A DNA stretch of 42,765 nt from a virus. A model generated the notes under the pieces. The model did not search any database, was not told the origin of the DNA, and saw only the letters and a program-made list of their open reading frames with translations. How positions within the stretch are numbered: position 1 is the first letter of the stretch; every line of letters starts with the position of its first letter. Below are positions 29,599-41,430 of this stretch, one piece after another. The stretch lies in the IMG/VR virus record IMGVR_UViG_3300029615_000175, positions 1-42,765 of that record; one strand, 5' to 3'. A program made the position numbers and the translations under genes.

Positions 29599-32500
29599 AT
29601 GACGGTGGAAGAAATAGAAATAGTTGTAACTGCAAAAGTTGAGGAAGCATTAAAAGAGTTTCAAAAGTTCTTACCAGCTATAAAACAAGCAATGAAACAA
29701 TCACAAGAAGCATTTTCAAAAATGGATATGAAAGAATTTTCAAGAAAAGTAAATCAAGCTGGAGTTTTTGTTAAAAAGAAATCACAAGAAATGAGAAAAA
29801 GTTTAGAAAACAATAATATAAAAATAAGAGTAAACAATGATGAAGCAAAAAAACAAATAAGTCAAATTCAGAAAGAAATAGATAGTTTACAAAAAAAAAT
29901 AAGTGAACGAGAATTGAAATTAAATTTAACGAATAGTGCTTTAAATAAAATGGAAGATGAAAAAAAACAAGAAGTAACAAAAAAAATGCCAGATGCAGCA
30001 CCTAAAAGGATAAATCAATTTACACAGTTAAAATTATATCAAGATCCAAATTTTGTTGGATTAGAAAAACAAAGTGACAAATTAAATAATGAAGTAATTA
30101 GATATAACGCTTTATTAGACAGTGCTAAGGTTAAATTAAGAGAAATAAAAGAAAATGCACATTTTTCAAAAATAACAGGATTTGCTGGAAGTGTAAAAGA
30201 CTTAGATGGCATTGTTTACAAAGTAAAACAAACAAGGCAAGAAATAGAGCAAACATCAACTACTCAAAACAGATTGGGTAGTTTTTTGGATGTATTTAAA
30301 CAAGAAGCAGAACAAATAAAACTTACTATACAGGCTGTAAAGCAAAGTTTTAACAATGTATTTAGCGGCAAAGCTTTTAAGAGTGATGATCAATTTGACT
30401 TAGGAAAAAGCGAAAATCAATTAAGATTAATTGATTTAAAAATAGATAAATTAGAAACTAAAATAAAAAATGCTCAAAAAGGTAAAATTGAATTAAGTGA
30501 TGAAGATATTGCAAAAGCAGAAGTGGAATTAGATAGATTATATAATCAAAAAGAAAAAATAGAAAAATCGGGTGGAGGAAATTTCTTTTCAAAGCTATTT
30601 TTAGAAGCTAAAAAGACTAAACCAGTAATTGAAAAAATATCTACCCCTTTAGCAAACATAAAAAATCAGGTAAATAAAATGAGCTCAGGACTAAAAAATG
30701 GATTGGGGCATGTTATTAAATATGCTACAGCGTTATTTAGTTTGCGTGGAATATATTCTGTGTTAAGTAATTCTGCTCAAAGTTGGTTATCAAGCCAAAA
30801 TGCAGGAGCTAAACAGTTAAGTGCTAATATAGAGTATATGAAATATGCTATGGGAAGTGCATTAGCACCAGTTATTCAATTTGTAACAAATTTAGTATAT
30901 CAGTTAATGAGAGCAATTCAAAGTGTTGCATATGCATTGACAGGAGTAAATATTTTTGCAAAAGCTACAGCTTCATCAATGAAAAGTGCTTCTTCTAGTG
31001 CAAAACAAGCAAATAAATCTTTATCAAGTGTACATAATGAAATTAATAATGTTTCTGATAGCAAAAATAGTGGAGGCAGTTCAAGTACGCCTAATATAGA
31101 TTTATCAAAAATGGAAAATACGCCTAATTCAATAATTGATGCAATAAAGAATGGCAACTGGTATGAAGTTGGAGAAACAATTGGACAAAAACTAAATGAT
31201 GCAATGAACAGCATAGATTGGACAAAAATACAAAATACAGTAAGAAATATAGCAACAAATATTGCACAATTCCTAAATGGATTTATAAAAACAACAAACT
31301 GGAATCAAGTTGGAAATACATTCGCACAAGGAATAAATACAGCAATTTATTTTGCTTACAATTTTGTAACAACATTTGATTGGAAACAGTTTGGAAAAGC
31401 AATTGGAGATAGTATAAATGGATTTTTTAACAACATAGATTGGGCAACAGCTGGAAAAACTTTAGGAGATGGGATAAAAGGAATATTTGACAGTATAGAT
31501 ACTGCTTTAGAAGAAATAGATTGGCAACAAATTGCTAGAGATGTTGAAGATTTCATCAAAAATATAGATTGGAGTGGAATTGTACAAGCGTTTTTTAGAG
31601 GTCTTGGTGCTGCTTTTGGAGGTTTTTCACTTTTTTTAGGAACACTAATAAGTGATGCTTTTAATGGTATTGGAGATTATTTCAATGATAAAATAGAAGA
31701 GTGTGGAGGAGATATTACAAGAGGAATATTTAATGGAATTGTAGATGCGATAGCAGGAATAGGGCAATGGATTAATGATAATATATTTGAACCATTTATA
31801 AATGGATTCAAAAATGCATTTGGAATACATTCACCATCAACAGTCATGGAAGAACAGGGGCACTTTATTATAGAAGGCTTAAAAAATGGCTTAACAGGTA
31901 TTTGGAAAAATGTTGCTAGAATATTTGAAGAATTTTGCAAAAACGTAAAAACTAAGTTTAAAGAAATAAAAGAAAATATATTTGATACTTGGGAAAATGT
32001 GAAAAGTAAAACGAATGAAAAGTGGGAAGAAATAAAAGGAAATGTTACAAATACTTGGAATAACATAAATGAAAAGGCCAAAGAAAAATTTGATACCATT
32101 AAAAATAAGGTAACAGAAACATGGAATAACATTAAAAACGATCCAAGCAAAGCAGGAATGGCAACAGTGATATTTAATACTTTTTCAAATATAAAGGAAA
32201 AAGCTAGAGAACAATTTGATGATATTAAAACAAAAATAACAGATAGCTGGAATGATATTAAAACTGATAAAAACTTGTCAAGTATGTCTGATTCAATTAA
32301 AAATACTTTTAGTAACTTGGGAAAAAACGCATCAGCTTGGGGAAAAGACCTGGCAGATAATATGGCCTCTGGAATAAAAAATAACATTCATAAAGTGACA
32401 AGTGCAGTAAGTTCAGTTGCAAATAAAATAAAAGACTATTTACACTTTACAGAGCCCGATGTTGGACCGTTAAGCAATTTCCATACATACATGCCAGATA

Positions 32501-32841
32501 TGATTGACTTGATGGTTAAAGGAATAAAAGATAATACTAGCAAAGTAAAAAATGAAATAGAAAATTTAGCAGGTACAATGTCTTATACAATAAATACGGA
32601 GCCTTTAACCCAAATAGATACAACTACATCTCGAATCAAGCCGGTAAATGTACAATCTTCAAGTTTAGCAGAAAGATTTGAAGATGCTTTGACAGGTTTT
32701 AATTTTTCAAACAATACTGATAGACCAATATATCTAACAGTAAATGTAGGAGATAAAAAATTAGGACAAATATTGTTAGATGACTTAAGAGATAAAACAA
32801 GAAGAACAGGCAAAGATATAGAAGCTTTAATAGGAGGATAA
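29599..32841 (+). CDS. Tail tape measure protein
   Basis: Very long coiled-coil ORF with hydrophobic central segment. Confidence 0.92.
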   Translation: MTVEEIEIVVTAKVEEALKEFQKFLPAIKQAMKQSQEAFSKMDMKEFSRKVNQAGVFVKKKSQEMRKSLENNNIKIRVNNDEAKKQISQIQKEIDSLQKKISERELKLNLTNSALNKMEDEKKQEVTKKMPDAAPKRINQFTQLKLYQDPNFVGLEKQSDKLNNEVIRYNALLDSAKVKLREIKENAHFSKITGFAGSVKDLDGIVYKVKQTRQEIEQTSTTQNRLGSFLDVFKQEAEQIKLTIQAVKQSFNNVFSGKAFKSDDQFDLGKSENQLRLIDLKIDKLETKIKNAQKGKIELSDEDIAKAEVELDRLYNQKEKIEKSGGGNFFSKLFLEAKKTKPVIEKISTPLANIKNQVNKMSSGLKNGLGHVIKYATALFSLRGIYSVLSNSAQSWLSSQNAGAKQLSANIEYMKYAMGSALAPVIQFVTNLVYQLMRAIQSVAYALTGVNIFAKATASSMKSASSSAKQANKSLSSVHNEINNVSDSKNSGGSSSTPNIDLSKMENTPNSIIDAIKNGNWYEVGETIGQKLNDAMNSIDWTKIQNTVRNIATNIAQFLNGFIKTTNWNQVGNTFAQGINTAIYFAYNFVTTFDWKQFGKAIGDSINGFFNNIDWATAGKTLGDGIKGIFDSIDTALEEIDWQQIARDVEDFIKNIDWSGIVQAFFRGLGAAFGGFSLFLGTLISDAFNGIGDYFNDKIEECGGDITRGIFNGIVDAIAGIGQWINDNIFEPFINGFKNAFGIHSPSTVMEEQGHFIIEGLKNGLTGIWKNVARIFEEFCKNVKTKFKEIKENIFDTWENVKSKTNEKWEEIKGNVTNTWNNINEKAKEKFDTIKNKVTETWNNIKNDPSKAGMATVIFNTFSNIKEKAREQFDDIKTKITDSWNDIKTDKNLSSMSDSIKNTFSNLGKNASAWGKDLADNMASGIKNNIHKVTSAVSSVANKIKDYLHFTEPDVGPLSNFHTYMPDMIDLMVKGIKDNTSKVKNEIENLAGTMSYTINTEPLTQIDTTTSRIKPVNVQSSSLAERFEDALTGFNFSNNTDRPIYLTVNVGDKKLGQILLDDLRDKTRRTGKDIEALIGG

Positions 32842-32845
32842 AATT

Positions 32846-33271
32846 ATGATATGGAGAGAACATGGAAAGACAGAAAATCTGCCAACACCAAGTACATATA
32901 GTGCAGATATAGAAGATACCGATAAAGATAGTTATACATCAAATGATGATGGTTCTTTAATTGATAATCCCATTGCAGTAGGAATGTTAAAGCTTTCTAT
33001 GTCATGGGATTTTAATACAGAGGAAGAAGCCGAAGAATTATGCCAAAAGACATTTAAAAATCCATTTATACTAGATGTCAAAGTTCCAGTTGTAAAGGGT
33101 GGTTTTCTAGAGAATGCACAATTCAGAGTTTCAAAAAGAAAAGTTGAAATGATAAAAACAGAAAAAGGAACGGCAACAGAAAAAACAAAATGGAAAACAT
33201 CATTTAATTTAATGCAAAAAGAATTAACAGATGCCCAAAAACAAATTGTCTTGGAGGTAAATGATGTATAA
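32846..33271 (+). CDS. Tail protein (DUF6711-like)
   Basis: Position after tape measure. Confidence 0.65.
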   Translation: MIWREHGKTENLPTPSTYSADIEDTDKDSYTSNDDGSLIDNPIAVGMLKLSMSWDFNTEEEAEELCQKTFKNPFILDVKVPVVKGGFLENAQFRVSKRKVEMIKTEKGTATEKTKWKTSFNLMQKELTDAQKQIVLEVNDV

Positions 33272-34965
33272 GGGATTAACAGACAAAGCAATAAAAACAA
33301 TATATAAAAGCAACGCACTAACAGTTACTAATATTTATATAGATGATGTATTATTAAATCCAAAATATTTACTAGATTTTAAACATGGTGGAGAATTGTT
33401 TGATGAAAAATTAGAACTAGGAAGTGTTCCGAGTCAATACATAGAGATGAAAATACATAAAAGTTCTGGAATAACAAGTGCTAAGACAATACGAATAGAA
33501 TACGGAGTTTTAGTAAATCATGCTATAACAGTTGCAGAGTTAAATAAAATGCTAGTATGCGATCTAAATAAATTACAAGTAAAAAGTTTAGCAAAACATG
33601 ATGATAGTTTTGAGATGATGCCAATACGGAATTTATAATGTAGATGACTATAACGATGAAGACAATAATGTAATAAACATAAAAGCAGTAGATAATATTA
33701 TAAAATTAGATGCAGATGATGGATATTATGATGCTAGTGAATTGATAAAAGATAAAGGCTATGCAACTCTTAGTGAAATAGCAGCAAATATATGTGAAAA
33801 AAAGGGGCTTGAATTAGAAACAAGCTCTTTTCTTAATTCAGACAAAAAAATATATACTTATGATAACCAAATAAAAGCAAGAGAATATATGAGTTATATA
33901 GCAGAAAAAGCTGGAGGAATTTGTTGTGCTGGAAGAACTGGTAAAATTCAAATAAAAAAGCTTGGAGAAGATGCAGAAACAATTCCTCAAAGACTTTTTA
34001 AAACTTACAAATGGGGAGAAGAACATCAAATATCAAGAGTTGCATATGAAAATGGAACTGAAACATTTAAGGTCGGAGATGAAACAAAAGATACTCTTTG
34101 GATCAGGCAAGAAAATTTATTTATTAGTGAACAAGATGATATTCAAAAAATATATGATGCTATGAAAGAGTTAGTTTTTTATAGTTTTGAAGGAACTACA
34201 ATAATAAACCCAGCTATTGATATTGGAGATATGATTAATATTGATGGAAAAAAGGTAATTTATCAAGGCGAAATGACATTAAATAAGCGATTTATAGCAG
34301 ATATAAAAAGCAAAATAGCAATAAAACAAAAACAAGAAACAACAACAAGAAAACAAAATCAGAAACTTATAAATAGAAAAATTCAAAGTCAAATAGATGA
34401 AGAAACCTTAAAATTAACTCAGTTAGCACAAGAAACAACAGAAAACTCTCAAAAAATAACAGAGCATACACAAACTTTAGACAGTATAAGTAATAAAGTG
34501 CAAAGCAATGAAACTAATATAAATAATAATTATCAAGATGTGATTGGAAAAATAAATGATTGTGCGCAAAAATCAGATGTTGAAACAATATCAAAATCGG
34601 TCGAAACAATACAAACGGATACCAATTATGCAATAGATATATCTAAAGAAATTCAACAAAACGGTGTAACGAAAATCAAGACTTCGACAGGCTATACTTT
34701 TGATGAAGATGGTCTAACAATAGAAAAAACAAATGCAAAAACTAAATCAAAATTAAATGAGGCTGGACTTGAAATAAATGATGCAACAGGAAGTAGTGAA
34801 GAAAGTTTATTATTTGCAGGATATGATGAGAAAACAGGAGAAACAATTGTAAAATCTAAAAATATGACAGTTAAAAAATATCTAGTTGTAGGAAAGCATA
34901 CAAGATTTGAAGATTATAATGATGAAAATGGAGAAGCATGGACAGGTACTTTTTGGCTAGAATAG
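33261..34965 (+). CDS. Tail-associated protein, requires +1 shift at CGG 33627-33629 (about 567 aa)
   Basis: ORF A ends ...FEMMPI-RNL*; skipping C33627 gives MMPIGIYNVDDYNDEDNNVINIKAVDNIIKLDADDGYYDASELIKDKGYATLSEIAAN..., continuous into ORF 33742-34965. Confidence 0.9.
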
Positions 34966-34974
34966 GAGGAAAAA

Positions 34975-36948
34975 ATGGGAAATATGAGTGGCAGCTATGG
35001 TGAACATTACACACTATGGCAATCTATAACGGTAAATTCACAAAATATAGCAGAAAATTATTCAAATGTTACAGTAAAAATGTATTTAACATTTGATGGA
35101 AGTTCATATTATGCTTTTACAAACAGTGAAACTTATGGAACAATGTCAATAGATGGATATCCAGCTATGACTTATGGTATTTCTAATCTAGCATTTAGTT
35201 CAGGACAAGCAAAAACAATTACGTTGGCAACTTGGAATGGAAATATAGGACACAGCGCAGATGGAACAAAAAAATTAGTCGTTACAGGAACGTGGGACAC
35301 TGATACTTCAAGAATTGGAAGTGGTAGTTGTAGTACTTCTTCAATTTTGGCAACAATTCCGCGTACAAGTTCAATAAGTTGTAGCAGTGGAAATATCGGT
35401 TCAAATACAACTATTGTAATTAATAGAGCAAGTGCATCTTTTACACATACGTTAACATATCAGTTTGGAACATTAAGTGGCACAATAGCAACAAAAACAT
35501 CTGCAACAAGTGTTAATTTTGCATTGCCAAATGATTTTTATAAAATGATACCTAACAGTAAAAGTGGAACAGGTACAATATCTTGCACTACATATAGTGG
35601 AAACACTGTAATAGGCTCTTCGTCAACATCATTTGTTGCAAATGCAGTAGAAAGTGTATCTAAGCCAACCCTTACAACAACTTTAACAGATACTAATTCA
35701 AAAACAATAGCATTGACGGGAAACAATAAAATAATGGTTTTAAATGCTTCTATAGGAAGTTTAGTAATATCAACAACTTTACAAAAAAATGCGGGAAGTA
35801 TAAAAAGTGTAACAGTAAATGGAACAAATGTAGGAACTGGAGCAAGTATAACAAAAACGTATTTACCAGTTAAAACAAGTACATTTACAATAGTTGTAAC
35901 AGACAGTAGAGGATATTCAACAACAGTTAAGTTATCACCTACAGTAAAAAACTATATTGTTCCAACTGTAAACGCAACGTTTTCAAGACCTTCGCCAACG
36001 ACAGGACAAATTAATCTTAAATATTCAGGAAATTGGTTCAATGGTTCGTTTGGAAGTGTAACAAACACATTAACAGTAAGTTATAAGTGGAAATTAAGTA
36101 CAGATAGTTCTTATACAGAAGGAACAACAACAATAACTCCAACTAATAGTGGCAATGCCTATTCAAGATCTTCTATAAGTTTAGGAACAAGTTTTACTTA
36201 TACTAATTCTTATGACTTTGTATTAACAATATCAGATAAAATCAATACAATAACTTATTCTCAAAGAGTTTCGCAAGGATTGCCAATCATTCAGTGGAAC
36301 AAGGATAAATTTAAAGTAAATGGAAAAGCATATATAAATTCACGACTTGTTAAAGCGTATATGGGTGTTGCTGTTGATTTTGATACAGCCTTAACAACAG
36401 GAATTTATCAAGTAAATTCAAGTACTAAAAATCCACCATACGCAAATCCGTACGGATTTTTAAGTACACAAGTTATGAATGGAGATACATGGAATCAACA
36501 AAGTAATTGGATATGGCAAGTTTTTTATAGTACAGCTACAAGTAGAATTTATAGTCGAAGAGCAGTTAACGGTGGTAATTGGTCAAAGTGGGCCAATATA
36601 CTTGAAGTTACAACATTATATGACAATTCGTCAGGAACAACAGGAACAATAACTCTAAATGAAACAGCAGCTAATTTTACATATTTAGAGATATTTTATT
36701 TTTATCCACATTGGAATGGAACTTTGTATGGTTCAACAAAGATATATTCACCTGACGGAAAACTTTCAACGTTAGGAACGGATTTACAATATAATGATAA
36801 TGGTACTATGTTCTTGAAATGGTTGAGAATTTTAATAAGTGGAACCGCATTAAATGTAAAAGCGGCAGGAAGTGCTTATTATGGTTCTACTTCAGGAACT
36901 GATACAACAAACGGATTAAAAATATATAGAGTTGTAGGCTATAGATAG
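34975..36948 (+). CDS. DUF859-like phage minor structural protein
   Basis: GSYGEHYTLWQSITVNSQNIAENYSNVTVKMYLTFDGSSYYAF. Confidence 0.8.
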   Translation: MGNMSGSYGEHYTLWQSITVNSQNIAENYSNVTVKMYLTFDGSSYYAFTNSETYGTMSIDGYPAMTYGISNLAFSSGQAKTITLATWNGNIGHSADGTKKLVVTGTWDTDTSRIGSGSCSTSSILATIPRTSSISCSSGNIGSNTTIVINRASASFTHTLTYQFGTLSGTIATKTSATSVNFALPNDFYKMIPNSKSGTGTISCTTYSGNTVIGSSSTSFVANAVESVSKPTLTTTLTDTNSKTIALTGNNKIMVLNASIGSLVISTTLQKNAGSIKSVTVNGTNVGTGASITKTYLPVKTSTFTIVVTDSRGYSTTVKLSPTVKNYIVPTVNATFSRPSPTTGQINLKYSGNWFNGSFGSVTNTLTVSYKWKLSTDSSYTEGTTTITPTNSGNAYSRSSISLGTSFTYTNSYDFVLTISDKINTITYSQRVSQGLPIIQWNKDKFKVNGKAYINSRLVKAYMGVAVDFDTALTTGIYQVNSSTKNPPYANPYGFLSTQVMNGDTWNQQSNWIWQVFYSTATSRIYSRRAVNGGNWSKWANILEVTTLYDNSSGTTGTITLNETAANFTYLEIFYFYPHWNGTLYGSTKIYSPDGKLSTLGTDLQYNDNGTMFLKWLRILISGTALNVKAAGSAYYGSTSGTDTTNGLKIYRVVGYR

Positions 36949-36957
36949 GAGGAAAAA

Positions 36958-37254
36958 ATGGCGCTAAAAAAGCAAGTAGAATTATATAATGGAATAATTA
37001 CAAATTATCATAGAATAGTAAGCATAAACAAAATAACAAATAACTGTAATATTATAGAAGTTGCTTCTTATATATCCGAACAGCAAAGAGAAAAAGAAAA
37101 AGAATATTACAATAGCACAAATGAAAATAAAAGTATGAATATATTTATAGAAACAAGTTTTGTGCAAAAAGAATATTCGGAAAATGAAACTATAGAAGAA
37201 TGCTATAAGTATTTAAAAACATTAGAACAATTTAAAGAAGCAAGTGATGTTTAG
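36958..37254 (+). CDS. Hypothetical phage protein
   Basis: ORF. Confidence 0.6.
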   Translation: MALKKQVELYNGIITNYHRIVSINKITNNCNIIEVASYISEQQREKEKEYYNSTNENKSMNIFIETSFVQKEYSENETIEECYKYLKTLEQFKEASDV

Positions 37255-37264
37255 GAGGGTATAT

Positions 37265-39428
37265 ATGTCAGTAAAAAAGATAGAAAATTTTAATATACAT
37301 GAACAACCGGAAAGTAATACGGATTCATTCGACGTAGAAGCTTATTTAAACAAAAATTTCGAAAAAACAAAAGAGACAATAAACAATAATGCGGAAGAGT
37401 TAGAACGACTACAAGTTGAAAATAAACAACTCAAAGATCAACTACCATCACGGAACAGTAAGCGGAAACAATATTCATGTTGAAGATAGTTCTAATTTGG
37501 ATTTCGATTGGAAAATTAAGGGTGGACTTAGGCAAACAACAACAGACGGCAGACAGCTATTTGATAATACATTAAAAGGCTATGGACGTTATGGAATGAT
37601 TGCAAAAACCATCCCTACAGGTGTGAGATTATTTGCTGATATAGATATAACTGCTTCCGACCATATTTTCGGATTATATGCAACAATAAATTTATCAAAT
37701 TTTGTAGGGAAAACAGTACGAATGAAAGCAATGTTTAAATCTAACTCAAATTTAAAGGGAAAATATTCAATAGGGTTATGCAACAGTAATGGAACAAATA
37801 GAGTGTTAAAAGACAATACAAACGTTAGCGAAAAAGAAATATCATTTGTTATACCAAACTTAGAAACAGGACAAGAATATTTAGGAGTATGGTTTTATGC
37901 TAATTTTGATGGAACAGGAGTCGCTGGTGATTATGTAGATTACACAAATGTAATAATAACAATAAATAATGAAGATATGACATACGAACCTTACACAGGA
38001 GGAATACCATCACCTAATCTAAAATATCCTCAAGAGATTGAAACAGTAGGAAGTAATGTGAATTTATTTGATGGCGAATTAGAATCAGGGTCATTAACGA
38101 ATAACACTGGACAAAATTATGGTAATGCAAAAAATACTCGTTCAAAAAATTATCTTGCAGTTGAGGAAAATACTACATATGCACTTTCAGATAATATAAA
38201 TGGTTCTTTTATAGTGCATGCTTATGATAAAGATAAAAACTGGCTGAAAATGATAGGGGCATCAAACTATACAGGTAAATATATATTTACTACTCCTACT
38301 CAAACAGCTTACATAAGATTCAGAACAAACGAAACAGATTTGACTGCAAAAATAAAACTAGAGAGAGGTTCGGCGATAACACCTTATTCTCCTCCTGGAA
38401 TGGGCTGTGTAAAAATGGATGTAGTAAATAGTAACTTGCTAGATTTTAATGTTGCACAAAATAGCAGAGTAACAGTAAATGAAGATGGAACATTAACAAT
38501 AAATGGAACAGGTGGATTTAGTTTAAATATAGATAAATTACAGTTAAAAGCAGGTACCACATATTATCAAAAAGTTGAGCTGATAAGTGGAAGTATTTCT
38601 GGTTCAAATATAAACAATACATTTTTAAGCTTTGCCGGAACTGGAGCATGGATTTCAAGCGAAAAGTTTTCACAGACAAATTCAACTAAAGACACAGAAA
38701 AAACAACTATCTGGATAAATGCGAGTGCTATATTTAATAATGCAGTAATAAAAATATGGGCAAATACTGACAAGAGCGACTTTGTATTACATCAATCTCA
38801 AACAGCAATAATGTCAATTCAGCAAGCAATGTTAGAAGGGGACTATGTTGCAGATGTAGAACATCATGAGTGGGGAAAAGTCGTTTTGACTGGAGAAGAG
38901 GTTTTAATTGACAGCTCATCAACAAGCACCAGGAAATGGTGGGGAATAGATTTTAGTAATTATGGTATATATCAATATAACGACCCAACAAAAGTATGTG
39001 ATGTATTAACCACAAAATTCAAATCAAGACCACAACAGGGTACATTTTTACCTGGACAAGTAGCTTTAATAACAAATAACAAGAATATGTATTTTGTATT
39101 TGAACCAGACACGACTGAAGAACAGGCAAGAGCTATTCTAAAAGACATGCCAGTTTATTTTAGATTAGCAACACCAATTAACTTAGAACTGACAGAAGAG
39201 CAAAAAGCAGTACGAGAACAGAAAATGTATACATACAAAAACATAACAAATATAAGTTTAAGTGATGAATTAGCAAGTATAGATGTAGAGTACAAGAAAG
39301 ATTTAGAAACAGAACACAACAAGCTTCAAAACGAAATAGATGAAATAAAACAACTAATAAGCACAACAGAAACGAGTGCATTATTATTAGATAACTTACA
39401 AAAAGATGTGGAAAAGGAGGTGGAATAA
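37265..39428 (+). CDS. Phage structural/receptor-binding protein, requires +1 shift at CGG 37451-37453 (about 720 aa)
   Basis: Zero frame ends ...LKDQLPS-RNSKRKQYSC*; skipping C37451 gives LPS-GTVSGNNIHVEDSSNLDFDWKIKGGLRQTTTDGRQLFD..., the usual tail fibre 'G..SG..I...DSS' junction. Confidence 0.9.
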
Positions 39429-39629
39429 ATGATAGTAGAATTATTAAAGAAATTAATAGTAAAAAAATATTACAAAGAAAAAGCAGACATAGAGAACAAA
39501 TTAAATGTATTTTACGCAATGAGTAAAATAAGTGATGAAGAATATAGCGAATTAACATTGCTAGTAGAAGATACATATATTGAAGTAGAAGAAACAGAAG
39601 AAGTTATAGAAAATACAGAGGAGGAATAG
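39429..39629 (+). CDS. Hypothetical phage protein
   Basis: ORF. Confidence 0.6.
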   Translation: MIVELLKKLIVKKYYKEKADIENKLNVFYAMSKISDEEYSELTLLVEDTYIEVEETEEVIENTEEE

Positions 39630-39632
39630 AAT

Positions 39633-40253
39633 GTGGAAACAATAACGAGTTTTTTTACAAAACTAACTCCACTAATATTATCTATAACAGCATTAATTGT
39701 GGCAGTGATAAAATCTAAAAAAGAAATAGAAGAAACACTGCCACAAAAGATAAAAAAACAATGTAATATTGATATGTGCATTATAAATAGATTAGAGAGT
39801 ATAAAAGAGTTTTTAAAAGCTGATAGAGTACAAATTTATGATTTTCACAACGGGGTACATTACGCGAATGGAAGAAGTGCATTAAAAACATCATGCAGTT
39901 ATGAAGTTGTACGAGCAGGAATAAAAGGACATCAAAAGGAATTGCAATCAGTTCCATTAAGTTGTATACCTAGGTTTATCAAGGCTTTACTAAATCGTGG
40001 AGAATTAAAAATAAATGATTTAGAAGAAATAAAAAGTACAATGCCAGCAACATATGAGTTGAAAAAAGGTCAGGGAGTGGCTTCATTCTTTGATGTTATA
40101 TTAAACAATAAAGAAAGAGAGGCAATAGGCTTTTTAGCAATTCAATATGAAAATAAAGATAAAGTAAATTTTACAAAAGAAGAAATGAATGAAATCTTAA
40201 AACTTAAGTTTTTCATAGAAGAAAACTTAGAAAAAATGGTTACAAAAAAGTAG
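39633..40253 (+). CDS. Membrane-anchored protein with GAF-like domain
   Basis: N-terminal TM helix, then VQIYDFHNGVHYANGRSALKTSCSYEVVRAG...GFLAIQYENKD. Confidence 0.55.
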   Translation: METITSFFTKLTPLILSITALIVAVIKSKKEIEETLPQKIKKQCNIDMCIINRLESIKEFLKADRVQIYDFHNGVHYANGRSALKTSCSYEVVRAGIKGHQKELQSVPLSCIPRFIKALLNRGELKINDLEEIKSTMPATYELKKGQGVASFFDVILNNKEREAIGFLAIQYENKDKVNFTKEEMNEILKLKFFIEENLEKMVTKK

Positions 40254-40265
40254 GAGGTAATAAGT

Positions 40266-40574
40266 ATGAATCCAACAACAATAATAGAAATAGCAATAGT
40301 TGTTATTGCAATATTAGCTTTTATATTATATCTTGTGTGGCAAATAAAGAAAAAAGGATTAAGAGCAACAGCAGTAGATTTAATAGTAAAAGCAGAAGAT
40401 ATGTTTAAGCAAGGTGATAATGAAAATAAATTAAATTATGTTATAGACAAGATAATAGTGTTAATACCTGCACCATTATCTTTTTTTATAACTAGAGAAG
40501 CTGTAAGAGAGTTTATACAAACAATATTTGATGAAGTGAAAAAAGCACTTGATTATGTGCCAAAGGAGGGCTAG
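40266..40574 (+). CDS. Phage holin (LLH-like)
   Basis: Single TM helix then RATAVDLIVKAEDMF; upstream of amidase. Confidence 0.75.
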   Translation: MNPTTIIEIAIVVIAILAFILYLVWQIKKKGLRATAVDLIVKAEDMFKQGDNENKLNYVIDKIIVLIPAPLSFFITREAVREFIQTIFDEVKKALDYVPKEG

Positions 40575-40576
40575 TT

Positions 40577-40705
40577 ATGGAAGATAACATACAAGTAGAA
40601 AATGTAGAGTTTAAAGAAGAACTATATCAAAAGAATATAGCAGAAAATGATTTTTCCAATTCAGAAACAGACGGAATAGGAGATGATGACGATGCAAGTA
40701 ACTAA
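40577..40705 (+). CDS. Small acidic protein, 42 aa (not in ORF track)
   Basis: MEDNIQVENVEFKEELYQKNIAENDFSNSETDGIGDDDDASN, overlaps amidase start. Confidence 0.5.
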   Translation: MEDNIQVENVEFKEELYQKNIAENDFSNSETDGIGDDDDASN

Positions 40706-41417
40706 GATGTTAGTGCCAGAAAGCAAATATAATATAAAATGTCCTTACGAAATGACTCCAGAATTTATCGTCATACATAACACAGCAAATGATGCATCAG
40801 CAATGGCAGAAATATCATATATGATAGGAAACAACAATAAAGTATCATTCCACTGTGCAATAGATAATACTAGAATTGTACAAGGTGTGCCATTTAATAG
40901 AAATACTTGGAATGCAGGAGATGGAGGAAATGGCAACGGCAATAGAAAAGGAATATCTCTTGAAATCTGTTATTCTAAATCTGGAGGAGAAGACTTTGAA
41001 GAAGCAGAAAAGTTAGCTGCAGAATATACAGCATATTTATTAAAACAATATGATTGGGGAATAGATAAAGTAAAGAAACATCAAGATTTTGCAAATAAAT
41101 ATTGTCCACATAGAACTTTAGATTTAGGCTGGCAAAGATTTTTAGACATGGTTAGTTCTTATTTAGAAGATAAACCAATTAACAATGAAAAAATAGAAAG
41201 TGGGAGTGATGAACCAGTGAAAACATATCAAAATGGAAGTACAACAGAAGTTGTATATGCAGATACAGCTTGTACAAAAAGAATAGGAAGTTTGGATCCA
41301 CGAGAAAGATGTGATTGTTTTGGAATATTTAATGACAGAGCAATGGTAAGATATAATGTAAACGGAACAAACAACTACAAGATTGGATTCTGCAAATGGC
41401 TTGGAGGAGTAAAATAA
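40683..41417 (+). CDS. N-acetylmuramoyl-L-alanine amidase endolysin
   Basis: EFIVIHNTANDASAMAEISYMIGNNNKVSFHCAIDN...NRKGISLEICYS...KFANKYCPHR. Confidence 0.93.
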   Translation: MMTMQVTKMLVPESKYNIKCPYEMTPEFIVIHNTANDASAMAEISYMIGNNNKVSFHCAIDNTRIVQGVPFNRNTWNAGDGGNGNGNRKGISLEICYSKSGGEDFEEAEKLAAEYTAYLLKQYDWGIDKVKKHQDFANKYCPHRTLDLGWQRFLDMVSSYLEDKPINNEKIESGSDEPVKTYQNGSTTEVVYADTACTKRIGSLDPRERCDCFGIFNDRAMVRYNVNGTNNYKIGFCKWLGGVK

Positions 41418-41430
41418 TATAAAAAGATTA

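Noticed and set aside
33742-34965. Treating 33742 as an independent gene start
   Set aside because: No RBS at 33742 and the frame is open and protein-like back to the CGG at 33627.
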